Of a stretch of 64,000 bases of DNA, positions 61,051-64,000 are shown piece after piece. Under the pieces are notes generated by a model that saw only the letters and a program-made list of their open reading frames with translations, had not been told where the DNA came from and searched no databases. A program made the translations under genes and the position numbers. Each line of letters begins with the position of its first letter. The first letter of the stretch is position 1. The DNA comes from Candidatus Woesebacteria bacterium (GTDB taxonomy: Bacteria > Patescibacteriota > Microgenomatia > UBA8517): NCBI GenBank assembly GCA_013374855.1, contig CP055308.1, positions 102,800 to 166,799 on the forward strand. Reading direction: 5' to 3'.

Positions 61051-63369
61051 TTACAGCCTTGCCCTTCTTGCTATTTCAGCCTCTACCTCTCTTACATCCC
61101 TACCATACTTAAGTCTGCTCATCTCCTTTATAATTTCTGCCACTTTTGGATTCTCCATCTTTTTTACCTCACTCATATCTTTTGTAGTATCAATAGAGAA
61201 AGGAGGCACTGGTTCATTGTGCACAATAGTTTTAACAAAAGCGTTAAATCGTTCAATATTCAAAAGATCTTCCTCACTGAAAGTGGGAGCAAATTCACGC
61301 GCCAAATAGGAAGCGTCTGTCACACCTACCCTAAAAGCTATTTTTGTTCCCACATTCCCAAAAACAGCATTTTTAACTTCTTCTTCCATTTGACCAATAA
61401 ACTGGTTGGCAACACAAAGATTAAGTCTGTATTTTCTTGCTTCAGAAAGAATTACAGCAAAATCGGGTGTGGCAAAATTTTGAAACTCATCAACATAAAG
61501 ATAAAAATCGCGCCTTTTTTCCTCTGGCGTGTCTTGTCTACTCATTGCTGCCATTAAAATCCTTGGTACTAAAATTAAGCCCAGAAAGCTTGAGTTTTCC
61601 TCACCCAACTCCCCTTTTGCCAAATCAATAAGCAAAATCTTCCCCTGATCCATTACCTCTCTGAAAGAAAACGATGATTTCGACTGACCGATAATATTTC
61701 TCATCATTCTGTTTGTAACAAACCTACCAAATTTGGAAACTGTGTAGTCCAAAACCTCCGATTTATGGAAATCGGCAGTCTGGGCTATCTGGTCTGTCCA
61801 ATAACGGCGCACCATTGGATCTGTAACCTTTGGCAAAAGCTCTTGCACAAAGCGTGAATCAGTCATAATACGCACAACTTCGATAAATGTATTTCCCTCT
61901 TCCGCCATTGCTGTAAGCATTGCATTTCTTACTCCATGTTCAAAGCGAGGACCAACAATACCGGTTTTGTAAGGATCAAAAAGTTTATACATTAGGTTAA
62001 TAACTGAAGTTGCTACAAAATGTTTTTGGTCTTCGGTTTTTGCTTCCAACAAATTAAGTCCCATTGGTCGTTCTGTATCTGCTGGATTAAAATAAATAAC
62101 ATCCTCTGCTCTCTCTGGTGGAATCAGGGGTAGAAGTTGCCGAACTGTATCATGAGGATCGATAAAACAGATTCCTTTGCCTTCCTTTATATCCTGAATC
62201 ATCATTTGTTTCAAAAGTTCAGACTTACCAGTTCCAGTTGCACCTATTATGTATATATGTCTTCTTCTATCGTCATCCGAGATACAAACCCTTCTTCTGA
62301 TACCTCTAAACACACTCATCCCCAAGAAAAGCCCTTCTTCAGGAATCTGGCTTGGTGCGGGAGCTCTTTTTGCGTTAAGCCACTGAATGTTTGGAGTTGT
62401 CACACTACGATTTGGAAAGTGATATATGGTTGCCAACTCTTCAGAATTCAACACTGAAGGTCTGTTACCCCAAAAGTGAAACATCGGCTGATACCGGTAG
62501 AGAAAATCTTCCATAAAAGAAGCCTTATGGCGAATTTTTCTTGACTTAAAACCATTATTCTCACTTGAGAATTGTTCAAAAGCGCCTGATATGTTAGTAA
62601 GGTGCATCTTGGCAAGTTCTGTTGTTTCAGCAACCACTACAAACCTAATGGTTACCTCAAAACCGGGTTTACCTATTTTTGACTCAATTGCTTCCAAGAC
62701 TCTGCCTGAAACACTAAATTTCGCCTTTTCTGGGTCTGATTCACGCTTCTTTGTTTCTGAAATAAAAGAAGATCCATCTTTCTGCCATTTGGACTCGGCA
62801 GGAGAAATTACAATCTGAATAGCAGCAGCTTCTTTCTCCCCCATTTTTGCCAGGACCGAAGTTATAGGTAAAAGCGGATCAACTGCCAAATCTTTGTAAA
62901 CCTTTATCGGCTTAAAATTCTCCGCTCTTAACTGAAGAGACTTATAGGCAACCTTGCCTGTTTCATTAAATATGTTATACTCAGGAACTTCAACCACCTC
63001 CGCATCTGGATAGGCACCATTTATCTGTTTTTCTATCAAGTCTTTGTATCTACTTGGGCACCAAACATAAAAATTGATATAACCCTCGCGTGCTACAATT
63101 TCAAAAGAAATAGAAGGCTGAAAAGAAAATTTCTGTTTCCAGCCTCCTTTTTTGATTGAATAAAGCGAAGCAAAAACCTGTTCCATTGCATCTATTTTTA
63201 CCTCATTGGTCCGCGGAACAAGTACACGAAGAAGGACAGAATCAAGAGATTCCTTTTCTCTTCCCCTCCATCTAAAAATAGTGAAGATAAAAAAACCAAA
63301 TCCAGCCAGAAAAAAGACCGAAAAAAGAACCAAAACTATCAAAGCCAAAATGGTCGTTGGGTCAATCAT
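61051..63369 (-). CDS. VirD4/TraG/TrwB-like P-loop ATPase with an N-terminal transmembrane anchor
   Basis: N-terminal TM pair, Walker A IIGATGTGKSE and Walker B FYLYVDEFQNFA. 772 aa. Paralog of 22044..24230. Confidence 0.6.
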   Translation of the reverse strand: MIDPTTILALIVLVLFSVFFLAGFGFFIFTIFRWRGREKESLDSVLLRVLVPRTNEVKIDAMEQVFASLYSIKKGGWKQKFSFQPSISFEIVAREGYINFYVWCPSRYKDLIEKQINGAYPDAEVVEVPEYNIFNETGKVAYKSLQLRAENFKPIKVYKDLAVDPLLPITSVLAKMGEKEAAAIQIVISPAESKWQKDGSSFISETKKRESDPEKAKFSVSGRVLEAIESKIGKPGFEVTIRFVVVAETTELAKMHLTNISGAFEQFSSENNGFKSRKIRHKASFMEDFLYRYQPMFHFWGNRPSVLNSEELATIYHFPNRSVTTPNIQWLNAKRAPAPSQIPEEGLFLGMSVFRGIRRRVCISDDDRRRHIYIIGATGTGKSELLKQMMIQDIKEGKGICFIDPHDTVRQLLPLIPPERAEDVIYFNPADTERPMGLNLLEAKTEDQKHFVATSVINLMYKLFDPYKTGIVGPRFEHGVRNAMLTAMAEEGNTFIEVVRIMTDSRFVQELLPKVTDPMVRRYWTDQIAQTADFHKSEVLDYTVSKFGRFVTNRMMRNIIGQSKSSFSFREVMDQGKILLIDLAKGELGEENSSFLGLILVPRILMAAMSRQDTPEEKRRDFYLYVDEFQNFATPDFAVILSEARKYRLNLCVANQFIGQMEEEVKNAVFGNVGTKIAFRVGVTDASYLAREFAPTFSEEDLLNIERFNAFVKTIVHNEPVPPFSIDTTKDMSEVKKMENPKVAEIIKEMSRLKYGRDVREVEAEIARRARL

Positions 63370-63370
63370 A

Positions 63371-63718
63371 TTAACTTTTACCTGCTTTCAATAAACCCAC
63401 AATCTGCCAACCAAAAACTCTAGCCTTCTCAATAAGCCTTAACCAAAACCTAGCCAGCCATGTTTTCGCCTCATCTGGAGAACCTTTACTTTCTTCCTCC
63501 AAGACCGCTTCCGGCTTTGGTAATTCTATTATAATTTTTTTGGTCTGCGGAGTCTGAATAAGTGGTTTCCCCTGATCGTCAGTAACCTGTTTCTGAAATT
63601 GTGTAGGAACAACCTGAACACCTGGAATATTTTTTTCAATACTTTCTGGAAGACTATCAGGTCTTTCAACTGCTTGTGGCTGCTCAATCTGTCCTTCTCT
63701 TTCCACTTGAGTTGCCAT
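63371..63718 (-). CDS. Hypothetical small protein (115 aa), probably co-transcribed with the downstream ATPase
   Basis: Its stop is 2 nt from the ATPase start codon. Charged Q/E-rich sequence. Confidence 0.45.
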   Translation of the reverse strand: MATQVEREGQIEQPQAVERPDSLPESIEKNIPGVQVVPTQFQKQVTDDQGKPLIQTPQTKKIIIELPKPEAVLEEESKGSPDEAKTWLARFWLRLIEKARVFGWQIVGLLKAGKS

Positions 63719-63763
63719 GAGTTCATTATATAGCAGACAACAAAGTTATAGTAGCCAGAAAAT

Positions 63764-64000
63764 TTAAGAAGATTTCCAGATTTCCTCTTTTACTCCACTT
63801 TTAAAATTAATCCATCTACCCAAAATGAACAAATAATCAGACAACCGATTAATATACGCAAGAACCAATGGTTCAATTTCTCTTTGAATAGCAACCAATC
63901 TTCTTTCAGCCTTTCTTGCAAGAGATCTGGTATAAAAAAGGCCCGTTGCAATCACATCTCCACCCAAAAAAATAAAAGAGGTTTGCACCGGCAATTTGCT
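63764..64000 (-). CDS. C-terminal part of a PduO-type ATP:cob(I)alamin adenosyltransferase; the gene continues beyond the window
   Basis: YTRSLARKAERRLV and RLSDYLFILGR match the PduO/MMAB-type ATR signature. No in-window start. Confidence 0.55.
   Translation of the reverse strand, partial: SKLPVQTSFIFLGGDVIATGLFYTRSLARKAERRLVAIQREIEPLVLAYINRLSDYLFILGRWINFKSGVKEEIWKSS

Overview
Low-GC window (~35-38% GC outside the rRNA genes) with compact gene order and small proteins, consistent with a Patescibacteria/CPR-type genome. This lineage assignment is inferred from gene content and is not proven.

Layout, start to end:
- 1-14.5 kb: C-terminal end of a TPR protein, a LysM/M23 peptidase, a repeat-containing secreted protein and rho. 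Then a 1017-aa polytopic membrane protein that carries two copies of a 22-bp GC-rich palindromic DNA repeat inside its CDS. Then a GC-elevated lipoprotein gene, a sortase with a small candidate substrate (KPVETG, hydrophobic stretch, basic tail), a candidate small RNA, radA and rpsA.
- 14.5-18.5 kb, minus strand: 5S rRNA, 23S rRNA and tRNA-Ala(UGC). The 23S gene is interrupted by a ~500-nt group I intron at the classical L1917 site; the intron carries a degenerate homing-endonuclease-like ORF.
- The 16S rRNA gene lies ~6 kb away at 24.4-25.9 kb, with protein-coding genes in between, so the rRNA genes are unlinked.
- Two ~1.35-kb paralogous genes for Cys-rich, membrane-anchored proteins sit as direct repeats on either side of the 16S-containing segment. 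The upstream copy is frameshifted.
- 33.7-36.2 kb is a thiol-redox cluster (DsbA-like, trxB, a disordered Q/P-rich protein, trxA).
- Then housekeeping and repair genes: ogt-like, acyP, pth, pcm, a CaCA exchanger, an ATP-dependent DNA ligase, a Fic protein, recF, two GT4 glycosyltransferases, mutM, a 5'-3' exonuclease, ftsH and trpS.
- 53.3-55.4 kb: two tandem paralogous THUMP-like SAM methyltransferases.
- 55.5-58.4 kb: an IS element (~1.13 kb, imperfect ~40-bp terminal inverted repeats, frameshifted orfA/orfB transposase) next to two CAU-anticodon tRNAs, an FtsB-like gene and a Xer-like tyrosine recombinase.
- 58.7-64.0 kb: a kinase-fold protein, tRNA-Ile with anticodon UAU (unusual in bacteria), phosphomannomutase, a second VirD4/TraG-like P-loop ATPase (this one membrane-anchored, in an operon with a small protein) and a partial PduO-type adenosyltransferase.

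The window also holds tRNA-Ile(GAU), tRNA-Gln, tRNA-Lys and tRNA-Glu. No CRISPR array is present.
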